Origin: Oopsacas minuta
Taxonomy: Eukaryota > Animalia > Porifera
NCBI GenBank assembly: GCA_024704765.1
Contig: JAKMXF010000233.1
Span: 372,001-436,000, forward strand
DNA: 64,000 nt
Reading direction: 5' to 3'
Below are positions 38,901 through 51,488 of this stretch, in pieces. A program made the position numbers and the translations under genes. Numbering within the stretch: position 1 is the stretch's first letter; the number at the start of each line of letters is the position of its first letter. The notes below the pieces were generated by a model. It searched no databases, was not told the origin of the DNA, and saw nothing but the letters and a program-made list of their open reading frames with translations.

Positions 38901-41900
38901 TTGCTATTACTCCAGTTAATACGAAATCGGATAAAGCGAACAAATTAGAACTCTCCTAGCTATTATAAATGAACACCCTATCATTGGAAGTGTCACTGCC
39001 ATATAAGGTAAATAGATACACATTATAAGATAGTCCAGTTTATAAATGATAAAATATAGGTTAAGCATCTCCGTCCACTGAAGTAAGGAATATCTCTTCA
39101 AATTCGTTATTCAAAGAGTCTTTATTAATTTGTATCTGCTCCAATTCCTTACACATAAAATCAATAGGATCATCTGGTGTAGCTAGAATTAGCTTGTAGA
39201 TCATTAGCTTCATTACTTTTTTCATTTCTGAGAGATTTGCTTCATGTTTTGGGTCTTTGTTGGAATTGTTCATGTCACCTAGCTAATTGGAATATACAAT
39301 GTTAAATACAGTGTATGCTGGTTATAAGAACACCCTGCGGAGTAGCAATACAGGTTTCTTATAACCTGCATACACTATAGAGTGCATTTTGTATGTAAAT
39401 AGTTTGCATATTTCAAATCAGCGTATTTGCAAGGAAAATCATGAAAGCTACGATTTGCTAATAGGCGAGCTTCTTTGTATTGGAAACTGATTCGTACGCG
39501 ATCCTCGCGAAGTACCGACGTAGCACATCATTCATGCTATTAGGGAATCTCCCTAGAGGACCTGCACTAAAATATATTGTTGGTATTGTTAATATTTTGG
39601 TAGTGCTTGCTCTTCATTGCATTTCAATCAATTTTAATCCATTACACTAATCTAGATTCAGTTAGATGAATGTATCAAACTATCAGAGACACTCTATCCA
39701 GATCCCAAACAGCAGACAGATACAAGAGAGATTAATACTAAATTCGAAGGACAGATTAGGGACCTCATCTCTTCCCTATATCGGTCTCATGTTACTACGA
39801 ATAGACTGATGCAAGGAGATGACGAACATACAGTCTCTGATTTGTTTACACAACAACACATGTGTATGTTACAGAAGGTGTGTAGAATTTATTGGGGGTA
39901 GTACACAGTGTAACGTCCACAAAAGAGTGTCAATAGACGCCGAAAATACTACCCTGTTTCCCCCTTTCTATCGAATTGCCCGTATGTGGAGGTTCATTTG
40001 TAAATCCTGAGTCCGCACCTGAGTGTGATCCTATTAAGCTAAGTTTACTGTGTTTTAGGATCTTTCAGATCTAGCAAAAGAGAGTGAATCTAAACTAACA
40101 GAAGATCTAATCTCTAACAATACAGAAGTAGGAACATCATCTCTACTAATCTGTAACATTAACATGTGTCTACTATCGCTAGACAGAATCGTACCTACAT
40201 TAATACATTCTAGCGAGCAGTTTATTGCTAGATTGAAAGCTCTACAGAATGAAAGTAGTATTGTGTCTAGTCAGGAGACTGTTGCTGAACGGATTACTAG
40301 TAGTATTAGCAGGTGAGGTTATTCATAAATACTTTAATACGAACACGGTTAACCGAATACAACTTGTGTCCAGCGCGTATATTTGGTAATAGAATCTCTA
40401 TCAATCGTAACTACTAGTATGGTTTGAAATTCTCGTGTATTTATATAGGCCAGATTATTTGACTTGTAATATATCGGGAATTGTAGTGAGTAATTATTGG
40501 ATGCTCAAACATATTTTGACTCCTAATAAGTTTCTTGGACATAGTTAACGCATACGATTTACAAATTTTGTACAAAAATAGTTAATATTCGAGGAAATAC
40601 AGTAATTACAGTTTCCATTCATTTTAATGCAATCTCTATTCGGATAAGAAGTACAGTGATACCTCCACAAATGTGTAGAATCGAAGTGAAAATAATTGAG
40701 CGAATTCTTAGTTCATACAAATGAACCTCCATTACCGGAGCAGCATTTTCGGCTTCCCTAGCAGCCCGTTTATGAAGAAGGTACATATTATCCAAGTTCT
40801 ATTGTATGTTTTGTTTATAGCCGGCCTGTCAGTTATCTCGCACGCACTCCCCCTATGCCAACACGGCTAACGGACAGTCTGAACTCGATAGAAGACGATA
40901 CGGACTCCAGATTAAGTCTAAGCCTAATCAACCCGACAATCATTGAAGAAGTTAACCCTCATTTCAAATCTAAACCCAATCATCTAGAAGACCTACTAGT
41001 GCCTATTCAAACTCATTGTGAAGATAAACCACAAAAATCTCCAGATAAAGATAGTCTAGACTTTAATATTTCTCTTCCAAGTGAATTGATGGATTTTCCC
41101 CTCCAAACAACTCCAGTAACTTCTCCTTCAATAGATAGTGATAGGGTAAGAAGTGCTTTGGACTTCTTTGATCAATCCTTACAAATGGATTCCAATGATG
41201 ATACAGAGGCGAGTGGGGAAATAGATTTGGACACAATAGTCAGTTCTGAGAAAGTGAAACTAGAATTTTTAACTAAAACCCGCGCGCCGCGTCCGAAAGG
41301 CAGACGGCCGCAGCCTCGTCCCCGATCCAAATTCCAAAACGAACCAATTTCTGAAGATATTTTCCTTGAAATAGCACATACAGCTGTCGCAGGCTTGGAA
41401 GACAAATCTTGTCAAATGCAAATAAAACCATTCCCTCCCTCAGAAAATGATGTGAAAATTCCAAAACTAAATTTCAGGAAATCTATGTCAGCTGATGGAG
41501 GGGACGCCAGTCTGGTGACGGTCACGAAACCGCGAATTAATCGTAAAGACTACCCTCGGCCATTGACAGAACCAAATTTCGATTCTCCGAACGACAAGCT
41601 AATACCGATTGAAAAACCGCAAATCCCTGAACAGACGATTCAAAAACCCGAAGTAATACCAGCAAAACCGATGCGTATAGCTAGTCTCCCTGCTCGACCT
41701 GTCCCGCCTCTGCGAAAAAGGCCTATCCCAAGTCCTCAGGAGCCCTCACAAACATCTGCAGCTATTATTAAGCCGCCGAGCAAATCATGCTCAAGTGCTA
41801 TCACAGACAAAACAAGCGATGAGAAAACAGAAAAACCTGAAGCAATGGAAGACGATTCTACAACCAAATCATTATCAACACCTCAGCCAAGAGAACGAAA

Positions 41901-42231
41901 TATTATCACACCAAATAGCGCTATGGCATCTGTAATGATTAACGCGCTCTCTAAAGTACAAGTTGAAAAGAAAGAGTCACCACCCCCCGTGCCTCCAGTG
42001 AAACCACCTCATATGCGTGAAGTTCCGCCGATCCTTTCGAAAGCACACCTCACTTCTCCGTTAAAGCCCCCTACTGACAGCAAACCGGCACCACAACGAC
42101 CAACATCACCCCCAAAAGGTGTGATACAAGATCTGCCCTCTAAACCTGTGCCACCTCCGAGAATACGGCGAGAAAATCTAGAAAAACGCGAAAAGAAAGA
42201 TAGAGACTCTTCTATTGTTGTTATTGACTAA
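32979..42231 (+). CDS. CARMIL: CARMIL/LRRC16 capping-protein regulator (PH-like, linker, LRR, helical, CPI, Pro-rich tail)
   Basis: Exons 32979-33437, 35545-35844, 36638-37642, 38048-38253, 38564-38822, 39656-39877, 40059-40312, 40821-42231. Linker PCDGFNLVYPMLCDLY...EEVLWDIE...ILAALEYNEYF is typical of CARMIL. RI-type LRRs, CPI-like KLEFLTKTRAPRPKGRRP, and a PxxP-rich tail. Confidence 0.9.
33521..33671. mobile_element. MITE family E
   Basis: Ends AGTGTAAC...TTGTGGAGGTTACACT. Related copies at about 13685-13812, 28290-28500, 39905-40010, 51788-51888 and 55275-55350. Confidence 0.6.
33761..35035 (-). CDS. Coiled-coil plus NHL beta-propeller protein (TRIM71-like, no RING or B-box), copy A, nested in CARMIL intron 1
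   Basis: Intronless 424-aa ORF with NHL motifs QLDCPCGIAID..DRVYVTD..NRVQVFS and FISVAGIAVD. It lies wholly inside the intron at 33438-35544. Confidence 0.88.
   Translation of the reverse strand: MATARLDKNVVMGPVSLIPVSNKLQDRMNILREVIDSKKSLVRKVSDEMKQLIEEKAQLIIGELEAVWDETNQRLNKRKDEVNKKIEAINKQKTEMEKLFKDLSPTLPGFIDQIPEAIETVKREMNIDIPFLKLNWKVDELRESIHSLCYCEQKFVNFEEHIPIPLKWSCGDEGKLDNQLDCPCGIAIDSMNDRVYVTDYRANRVQVFSGNGDWIKSIKDKRMINLENILILYNSVFVQCHRIIVKFNRSTLKIESSKFSDYSLSGICTDNTNVFVGEYSKMTLLVLTLELKEEKEIPLNTQFKQQDTEINNISLARHEFYILLNKTEYPIQAFSKQGMMTRWIIHKDMLGCSSYFCLDQQLNIIVFDPDSCKVKIFSNEGNIITQFGREEFISVAGIAVDDLCSIVTVDSVKGHNKLQAFSHH
39061..39273 (-). CDS. Small Dpy-30/RIIa dimerisation-docking-like protein, 70 aa, nested antisense in CARMIL intron 5
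   Basis: MKLMIYKLILATPDDPIDFMCKEL fits the L..L...P.DP+.F+...L D/D motif. ATG start. The ORF lies inside the intron at 38823-39655. Confidence 0.55.
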   Translation of the reverse strand: MNNSNKDPKHEANLSEMKKVMKLMIYKLILATPDDPIDFMCKELEQIQINKDSLNNEFEEIFLTSVDGDA

Positions 42232-42873
42232 GCTTATTAACACCTTTCACACTTAAAAACAAACAACAAACAACAAATATTTCTTAGCTTTTCTCACTTA
42301 TTAGATTCGCGATTAATAATTGTGGTTACTGTATTGATTCTGTGATTCATTTGCATGTAACAGTGTTTGTAGTATAAATATAGTTATTTGATTCTCTGAG
42401 TTTTGAGATCTCCCTGACAAACTGGGTAAACTGTCCGAGGGAAAGCTTATAGGGGGTTTGAAAGTAGCAAGGGTCCCGAAGGATCTCAAAGTTTGTATTG
42501 CAATCTATGAGAGGGGCCTACAGAATGTGATAAATTTGTAGAGACGGGTGAAAAAGTTTGTTAACCGTGGCAAAGATGTTAAATTTATAGACGTGAATGT
42601 CACACTTTTTAGTGTTTCGGCGAAAAGGAAATTTCTAGTTAGGACCTCATTTAGCACCCATAGTCCCATTTGTGTCTACTTTCGAGGAGGCAGTTTTCAC
42701 GAGATATGATAACAAATTTTGCGTGCCAAATATGATAAATTCAGCTAATTGGTGTGCTAATTATTATAAGTGATAAAATGTGTGTCAAATTTACTTGAAA
42801 ATACACAAAAACTCAGTTATAATTACCACCAACTAACAGAATTAATTCGAGGATAATATTTTGAATTATTAAC

Positions 42874-43298
42874 TCAATTCATCGGCCTGTATCTCGCTGT
42901 AAACGCGTGTCCTTGGGGTGGATAATGCTGTCTGAACATAGTAAATGTCGGTACTTTATGCCTAGAATAAAATCTATAGAAAGGACTGGGATTAACTGGT
43001 GGGTAAGCGGTATATGGATACCTTGGGAAAAATTGGTTTTGATGGAAAGAAGCTCTAGTGTGAATTGTGTCGCGATGTGGTAACAACACAGGTGGTTTGA
43101 AATTGTTATAAAAAGTGACAGATGCTGTCGGTCTAGGTGGTTTAGGCTCTGGTATCATGGGGAGTGGCGAGGCTTTTGGTACGATTTGTTTGGGGACCGT
43201 AGGCTCTAGCGATTTGGATTTTGTTGTGGCCAAACCTTCCCTGTCTACTATGATAATTCCTTTTTGTTTGGGAATTTTCACTTCAGCATCGAAATCAA

Positions 43299-43368
<70 letters not shown>

Positions 43369-44601
43369 GGTATTATTATTATTATTGTTATCGTTGGCTT
43401 TAAATGAGATATGTAAAGAGGGCTCTGACTCAACACTCGATCCGCTGGTTGTCTCAAGGGTCAAATCGAGACAATTCGGGTTATCTTTGGGTGGCGAAAT
43501 AATATGTTTTGCAACTTGTTTGAGTAAATTATCACATTTCCGTTTCTTATTCGTAATGGATAGTCTTGACTTATTTCTACCGAAATAAGTTCGAGATCTT
43601 ACATGTCTACGAGGTTTTTTAGGACTATTTGTATCTTTGCTATTTCCTTCAAATTTCTCGGTTTTTTCATGCGGTGTTTTTGAAGAACATGGTTGAGGAA
43701 TTTCCTCGTTTCGGAGTTTCTTGTGGATCATTTGTTCTTTATTTTCCAATGGTTGCACGCGTCTCTTCTTCATGGGGGAAATCTGTACAATAGCTTTGCC
43801 TGGCAAAACTTGGTCGGCGCGGAGTGGATCGTTCTCGTATCCAAAAGTCTTTCCGGTAGATTGTGAAATGGGTTTGTTGGGAATTTTATTTTGCCCTTCT
43901 AAAGATAATTGTTCCATTTGTTTGAGAGATGGTTTAGGATCGATTTCCTGTGTCGAAAAATCTTCGTTTTCGACTGAATCCGATTGTTGTGGGGTTATAT
44001 CAAATTCTTGTGAGGAACTTGGTTGTGGTGTTAACTCAGAATTCTCTTCTGTTTCCATGTAGTGTTCCGATTTCTTCTGAATGGCAGATAGCCGTTTGGA
44101 CGTTCTCTGCGGTTTCTCCTCTGGCAATCTTTTGCTCCTACTTTGCTTACCAATATTCGTATTAGGTTTTCCTCGCATAATTATTATATACAATTTATCG
44201 ATAGTGGTGGAGTTGTTATCCACTTTTTTGCTTGTTTTCTCTGTCCAATTTTTGAGATATTCTCCCAGGAGGAATAGCTTATAAACTGCGAATACATTAG
44301 CCAGCGTATCTTCACTTATGCTATCAATATCTTCAACCGATTGGATGTCCGCTCCACTCACCAAATTCAAAATGTCTTTCTCTTTTTGTAAAAGTTTTTC
44401 GAATTCGTAAATAAAATCATTCAATGATTTGTATTGGAAATTCTTTACTTTATCTTGAATGGTTTTGAGGGTAATTCCATCGATGCCATTCTTTGATACA
44501 GCTTGTATCATTGGGAGAGAGTTTGGACCTGTTAGATATTCCATTGTTTTAATCCAGTCAGATATTATCGCAGAGATTTTCTCCTCTTTGCTTACAGACA
44601 T
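42874..44601 (-). CDS. Intronless 575-aa protein: degenerate bromodomain-like N-terminus, disordered middle with poly-Asn, Pro/aromatic-rich C-terminus
   Basis: GITLKTIQDKVKNFQYKSLNDFIYEFEKLL resembles bromodomain helices A-B (PMDL.TI..K+....Y.S..EF..D). Long uninterrupted ORF. Confidence 0.7.
43300..43389. repeat. Coding trinucleotide microsatellite, (AAC)23 plus mostly-AAT tract, giving poly-Asn on the minus strand
   Basis: 23 perfect GTT units at 43300-43368, one GGT, then ATT x5 and one GTT. This encodes 29 Asn in 30 codons. Confidence 0.95.
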
Positions 44602-45164
44602 TGGCTAGGTATTTGCCTCTTTGTGAAATAATTATATGAATTTATGCAAATGGAGTACAGATCGGGACTCGGATATTCGGGATGTCCGCTTAAACGGGAC
44701 AATGGTTTGGGAACAGATTTTTTACATAGAAAAATCGTCGGATATTTGGAACATCGAATCGGTACAGAGATGTCAAAAGGTGTGAAAATATACACATTAA
44801 CTTTTTTTCAAATGTCAGCTGCACAACTAGATGTAACTAAGAGTATACATGCCAAATTTGGTGTCTTAATCTCTAAAGGTGTGAACAGCAAAGCGAAAAC
44901 AAAAATCAAAAATTTAGAATACCATATCCCCCTGGTTAAGCGCTGGAGTATTCTCCCAGTTTTTCAGTGTAATATCGCATCAAATTTGTCCCAAGCTATA
45001 ATTCTAATTAAATAATTATTCATAAAGTTCCTAGTTTAATATTACATAATGAAACCAGAACTATAATTATAACATTAGAGACAAAATGTGGCTCTTACGG
45101 ACAATATGCATAAGATATTTAGAAATATAAGAAAGCTGTAAATTGATTGGATATTAGAAAAAAT

Positions 45165-46451
45165 ATGGCAACAGCACGATTGGATAAGAATGTAGTAATG
45201 GGACCTGTTAGCTTGATGCCTGTCAGTAACAAGCTACAGGACAGAATGAATATTTTGAGAGAAGTTATAGACAGCAAGAAATCACTGGTGAGGAAGGTTA
45301 GTGATGAAATGAAACAGCTGATAGAAGAGAAGGCTCAGCTGATTATCGGGGAACTGGAGGCTGTCTGGGATGAAACGAATCAACGGTTGAACAAGCGAAA
45401 AGACGAAGTTAACAAAAAAATCGACGCAATTAACAAACAGAAAACAGAAATGGAAAAACTCTTCAAAGACTTATCCCCAACTCTACCAGGATTTATCGAT
45501 CAAATACCTGAAGCAATCGAGACAGTAAAAAGAGAAATGAATATCGATATTCCTTTCTTGAAGCTAAACTGGAAAGTAGACGAGTTGAGGGAGAGTATAC
45601 ATAGTCTGTGTTATTGTGAACAGAAATTTGTCAACTTTGAAGAACACATTCCTATTCCACTCAAGTGGAGTTGTTGTGACCAAGGCATGCGAGATAATCA
45701 GCTGAACTGTCCATGCGGTATAGCTATTGACTCTATGAATGATAGAGTTTATGTAGCTGATAATAGTGCAAACAGAGTACAGGTATTCTCTGGTAATGGA
45801 GATTGGATTAAATCTATTAAAGATGAACGAATGATTAAGCCTGAGAATATCCTCATCTTATACAACTCTGTGTTTGTACAATGTCAACAAATAATAGTGA
45901 AATTCAACAGATCTACCTTAAAGATAGAATCTTCCAAATTTTCCGATTATTTCCTATCAGGAATTTGTACAGACAATACTAATGTATTTGTTGGTGAGTA
46001 TAGCGAAATGAAATTAGTAGTCCTAACTCTTGAATTGAAGGAAGAGAAGAAAATACCTCTAAACACTCAATTCAAACAACAGGATACTCGGATAAAAGAC
46101 ATCTCACTAGCTAGACATGAATTCTATATTCTCCTTGATGAGACAGAATATTCTATACAAGCATTCTCTAAGCAAGGCATGATGACTAGATGGATTATAC
46201 ATGAATATATGCCGGATTGGAGTTCTTATTTCTGTTTAGATCAACAACTAAACATAATCGTATCTGATAGAGACTCTTGTAAAGTAAAGATATTCTCTAA
46301 TGAAGGAAATATTATAACTCAATTCGGGAGAGAAGGATCAGATAAAGAAGAGTTCATTAGTGTAGCAGGAATAGCAGTAGATGATTTATGCTCTATCGTA
46401 ACAGTAGATTGGAAGTGCTATAACATCATACAAACATTCTCTCATCACTGA
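45165..46451 (+). CDS. Coiled-coil plus NHL beta-propeller protein, copy B (inverted paralogue of 33761-35035), 428 aa
   Basis: Intronless. The ATG at 45165 aligns with the start of copy A. The N-terminus is near-identical to copy A and the propeller is divergent. Confidence 0.88.
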   Translation: MATARLDKNVVMGPVSLMPVSNKLQDRMNILREVIDSKKSLVRKVSDEMKQLIEEKAQLIIGELEAVWDETNQRLNKRKDEVNKKIDAINKQKTEMEKLFKDLSPTLPGFIDQIPEAIETVKREMNIDIPFLKLNWKVDELRESIHSLCYCEQKFVNFEEHIPIPLKWSCCDQGMRDNQLNCPCGIAIDSMNDRVYVADNSANRVQVFSGNGDWIKSIKDERMIKPENILILYNSVFVQCQQIIVKFNRSTLKIESSKFSDYFLSGICTDNTNVFVGEYSEMKLVVLTLELKEEKKIPLNTQFKQQDTRIKDISLARHEFYILLDETEYSIQAFSKQGMMTRWIIHEYMPDWSSYFCLDQQLNIIVSDRDSCKVKIFSNEGNIITQFGREGSDKEEFISVAGIAVDDLCSIVTVDWKCYNIIQTFSHH

Positions 46452-46755
46452 GAGCACTTTATCATTGTGATCATAAATTGACAACAACACAAACGATAAA
46501 CAAACAAACACCAAACTAACTAACATACAAGCAAGAAAACAAGCAAACAAGCAAGCAAGAAAACAAACAAACAAATTACTTGTCAATTACCTTACATTGA
46601 ATCTTATTTTTGTTTATTTCAATTTTCATTAAGCATCTTAGAATTATGGAAAATAAATAAATAGCACATTTCAACACACATCAATTAAAATACAACAACA
46701 ACAACAACATATTATCTTTTAACCACATCTTAAATCAAACAAGTGATAAATGTAA

Positions 46756-48653
<1,898 letters not shown>

Positions 48654-48721
48654 TTCAAGTGATTTGGTAGATTATTTAATAAGTGTTATTTGCTAGTCAT
48701 ATTGGGTGGGGTGAGATAATA

Positions 48722-48858
48722 CAGTAAACTCCTGTTATAACGAAATGATACTGGGGTCCCCAGCACAGGGGCGTGCTGGCTAGGGACGAGACAACGAGAA
48801 CTCGTCATTCGTTGTCCTTTTTGAAGACCCAGCACTTCGTTATAACAGGAGTTTACTG
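48722..48858. mobile_element. pogo/Tigger-like MITE with family-A-like ends and a different interior
   Basis: TIR CAGTAAACTCCTGTTATAACGAA at both ends. Confidence 0.8.
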
Positions 48859-49854
48859 TGTTTTCATTTGTATATACACATTTCTTCAATCATGATCGTA
48901 TTCATATCATAAATAGTTTGAATATCCATGCTTGTTAACTGTCCTTCTTTCGGACATTTGTTGAGTGGTATGCATAGTTGCCAGGACACTACCTGAGGTT
49001 CATGGATCAGTAGGGGATCCAGAGACTGTGCTAAGAGTTGTATAAGGGGTGCACGGGTGAAAATTGGACCCGATTAAATTTTCAATAATTCATCCTAGCA
49101 TTCGACAAGTGAATTATCTCACAATATTATCTTGTAACATTCCCAATAAGAGCTCATTAAAATATTATACAATTCCTTTTCAATTAAATTTGAATACTCA
49201 ATGAAGTATATAAATATTCCGAGATATTCTCAATACCCATTAAGTGTCCGAATGCCTATAATCTGTACAATAAAGGCCTTATGCGCAATGAAGCCATTCC
49301 CTTTTCAAAAGTTAATCATTCGAAAATTGCTAGAATAAGTGTTTTGTTCACATTTAAGGTAAACCGAATGATAATTCTAATCAGAATAGAGTTTAACCAT
49401 ATACATGCTATCTTACTGAATTGTATTATACTACTACTGGCGATAATTATAGCCAGTTTGTTAGTGACACAGGTAGAAGAGGGCTTGAAACTTATTTTTG
49501 AAGTAAGCATATATTTTTTGCAAATTTTCACATGTAGTTTTACAAATATTCAATGCCCTTACTCATACTACTGGTCATTTTTGGGTGACAGGCCCAGGCC
49601 CAGGCCCGGGGCTACGCTCATGTTCGGTTACCCCTAAAGTGCTCGCTACGCCCAAGCTCAACACCCCCCCCCCGCTCCTAAAATAAGATGAATTTTGCTG
49701 GGTTTTTCCTTTTTGCAAAAATTGGTTAATGGCCAGTTTTTACATACAAATCGCCAACAATGAATATTTGCGTTGAATTCAAAATATTTAATATTCGAGA
49801 ATGATTAAAAGGCTGAATACATACAATTATAGGAATTGATAATTTCTAATAATT

Positions 49855-51159
49855 TTAGAAGTTTGATGTGTTCTTTGATTCGTAGGTCGTGGGGGGAGGC
49901 GGTTTCATAGGGGGATCATCTTGTGTATCGGCGTACAGGATTAGAGAGAGAGTGGAGGGGGTGTAAGGTGGATCGGGTCTCGAAGGAGGATCCACAGGAT
50001 GAGGCAGCGGTCTCCCCTTACGCACTAGGGGACTATTCTTAGGTTTCGGTTTAAACTTCGTATCGGGGGTGTCAGGACGTTTATGTCTAATGAAGCCCCG
50101 GGTACGTTTGAGGTGTGATTTATCCCCCGTATGTCTGAGGGGGGTAGAAGAAGATAGGGGAGGTGGAACAAATAATAACTCGTCCGTATCTTTGCTCCCT
50201 TTCTTCTTCGAGCTTAGTTTAGGCCTGTTTAACTTAGAAGGAGCATGAGGTAGTAGCAATGACTCTTTAGTTGGCGGCGCGGGCGCAGGCCTTGTGGGAC
50301 GTTTAATAGCTCGATGGTGTGGTGTGTAAGAAATATCTGAATGTGAATAATGCCTTTGTTTGATTACCTCCTGTCTTGACAACGGATGTTGTACACTGGA
50401 ATGCTGGGTCAAGGTAAAATCTACGTCATGAAACAATGACTCTAGTTCAGCTGGAGCGCTATCCAAACTAACAGCTGAATCTTGGGCAGCACACGTTTCT
50501 AAACCTGGCCTTCTCAAAGGTGTTGAAAATGTGTCGAATGTGTCCTCGAGGCCATCCACTATATTGATGACGTAACTAGGGAAACACACTTCACGCCCTG
50601 CCACTTCGCCACGTAGCCAGGCCATATTTTGCCCTTTGTGTACATCACCCTCTATTTTGCGGACGAAAATTGTGTCGCCTTTCAAGAAAATTGGACTTTC
50701 CCTCTCTCTCCCCGGTTGAAAGTAATCCTGGTTTGCCTTTACCGTTTGCCCTGGACCAGGAATTTGTAACGGTTCATTGTTCTCACCGAAACTGTCTCTA
50801 CCACGAATAGAATCGGAGATATATACGGGATTATACTTAGAATCTTCGACGATGTGCTCTAATACTCTCTCAACAGGGAGAGGGGAGATAGAATCTTGTG
50901 TAGGGAAGTTTGCGTAGTGCTTAAGTCTGTGAGATTTCATTTTGACAGCGATCAAATACAGTATTAATATCAACAGTACTGTAATGAGGATGAGTAGACA
51001 ACACGTGGCTACGACAGCTACAATAGTTATGCGAGCCTCCACTGGTTGTATTGTGGGTATGACAGCGATTGGAGGTGTTTGTAGGACCTGTGTGGACTGT
51101 GGCGATTGTGATCGGGTTGCTGTGGCTAGAAGTGATCTGCTGCTCGACATTTTTAGCAT
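49855..51159 (-). CDS. Single-pass (type III-like) membrane adaptor with cytoplasmic NPxY, SH3, WIRS-like and Pro-rich motifs, 434 aa
   Basis: Intronless. Short S/T/P-rich N-terminus without a signal peptide, then hydrophobic segment ITIVAVVATCCLLILITVLLILILYLIAV and basic KMKSHRLKH. SH3-like VKANQDY....LKGDTIFV...WLRGEVAGREVCFPSYVI. Confidence 0.8.
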   Translation of the reverse strand: MLKMSSSRSLLATATRSQSPQSTQVLQTPPIAVIPTIQPVEARITIVAVVATCCLLILITVLLILILYLIAVKMKSHRLKHYANFPTQDSISPLPVERVLEHIVEDSKYNPVYISDSIRGRDSFGENNEPLQIPGPGQTVKANQDYFQPGRERESPIFLKGDTIFVRKIEGDVHKGQNMAWLRGEVAGREVCFPSYVINIVDGLEDTFDTFSTPLRRPGLETCAAQDSAVSLDSAPAELESLFHDVDFTLTQHSSVQHPLSRQEVIKQRHYSHSDISYTPHHRAIKRPTRPAPAPPTKESLLLPHAPSKLNRPKLSSKKKGSKDTDELLFVPPPLSSSTPLRHTGDKSHLKRTRGFIRHKRPDTPDTKFKPKPKNSPLVRKGRPLPHPVDPPSRPDPPYTPSTLSLILYADTQDDPPMKPPPPTTYESKNTSNF

Positions 51160-51488
51160 ATGACTATTTCAAATGTTTTACTAATTGGCTTGGAATGTTT
51201 ATACATAATATTACAGTCAACTCCAGTTATATCAAACACGGATATACCGAAATCCCGCTTATACCGAAGTATGATTGTACGAATATGGTCCCAAAGCTTT
51301 TGGATAAAGTTTCATGCAAAACATGCAAAGTTACAATCAGTGACGACAATAAATACCTGAGCGAAAACAAATAATCAAAAGTCTTAATAATATAATAAAC
51401 ATATAAAAGGTGTGAAAAGTTTGAATCGAAAAAAATGGAATAGAAAGTGTGAACAACACTATGAATTATTATTACGTAACTACTGCTC

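Noticed and set aside
43115-44284. Plus-strand ORFs including a poly-Leu stretch
   Set aside because: They are antisense shadows of the 575-aa gene and its (AAC)n tract.
46480-46580. (CAAA)n/(GTTT)n tracts here and at about 14600, 20350-20430, 35080, 53800 and 63680
   Set aside because: They are simple low-complexity microsatellites recurring in introns and UTRs.
48880-49640. Open frames between ABI and the TM-SH3 gene (49281-49637 plus, 49316-49531 minus)
   Set aside because: No recognisable domain and no consistent splice model. They are partly overlapped by GC-rich repeat-like sequence.
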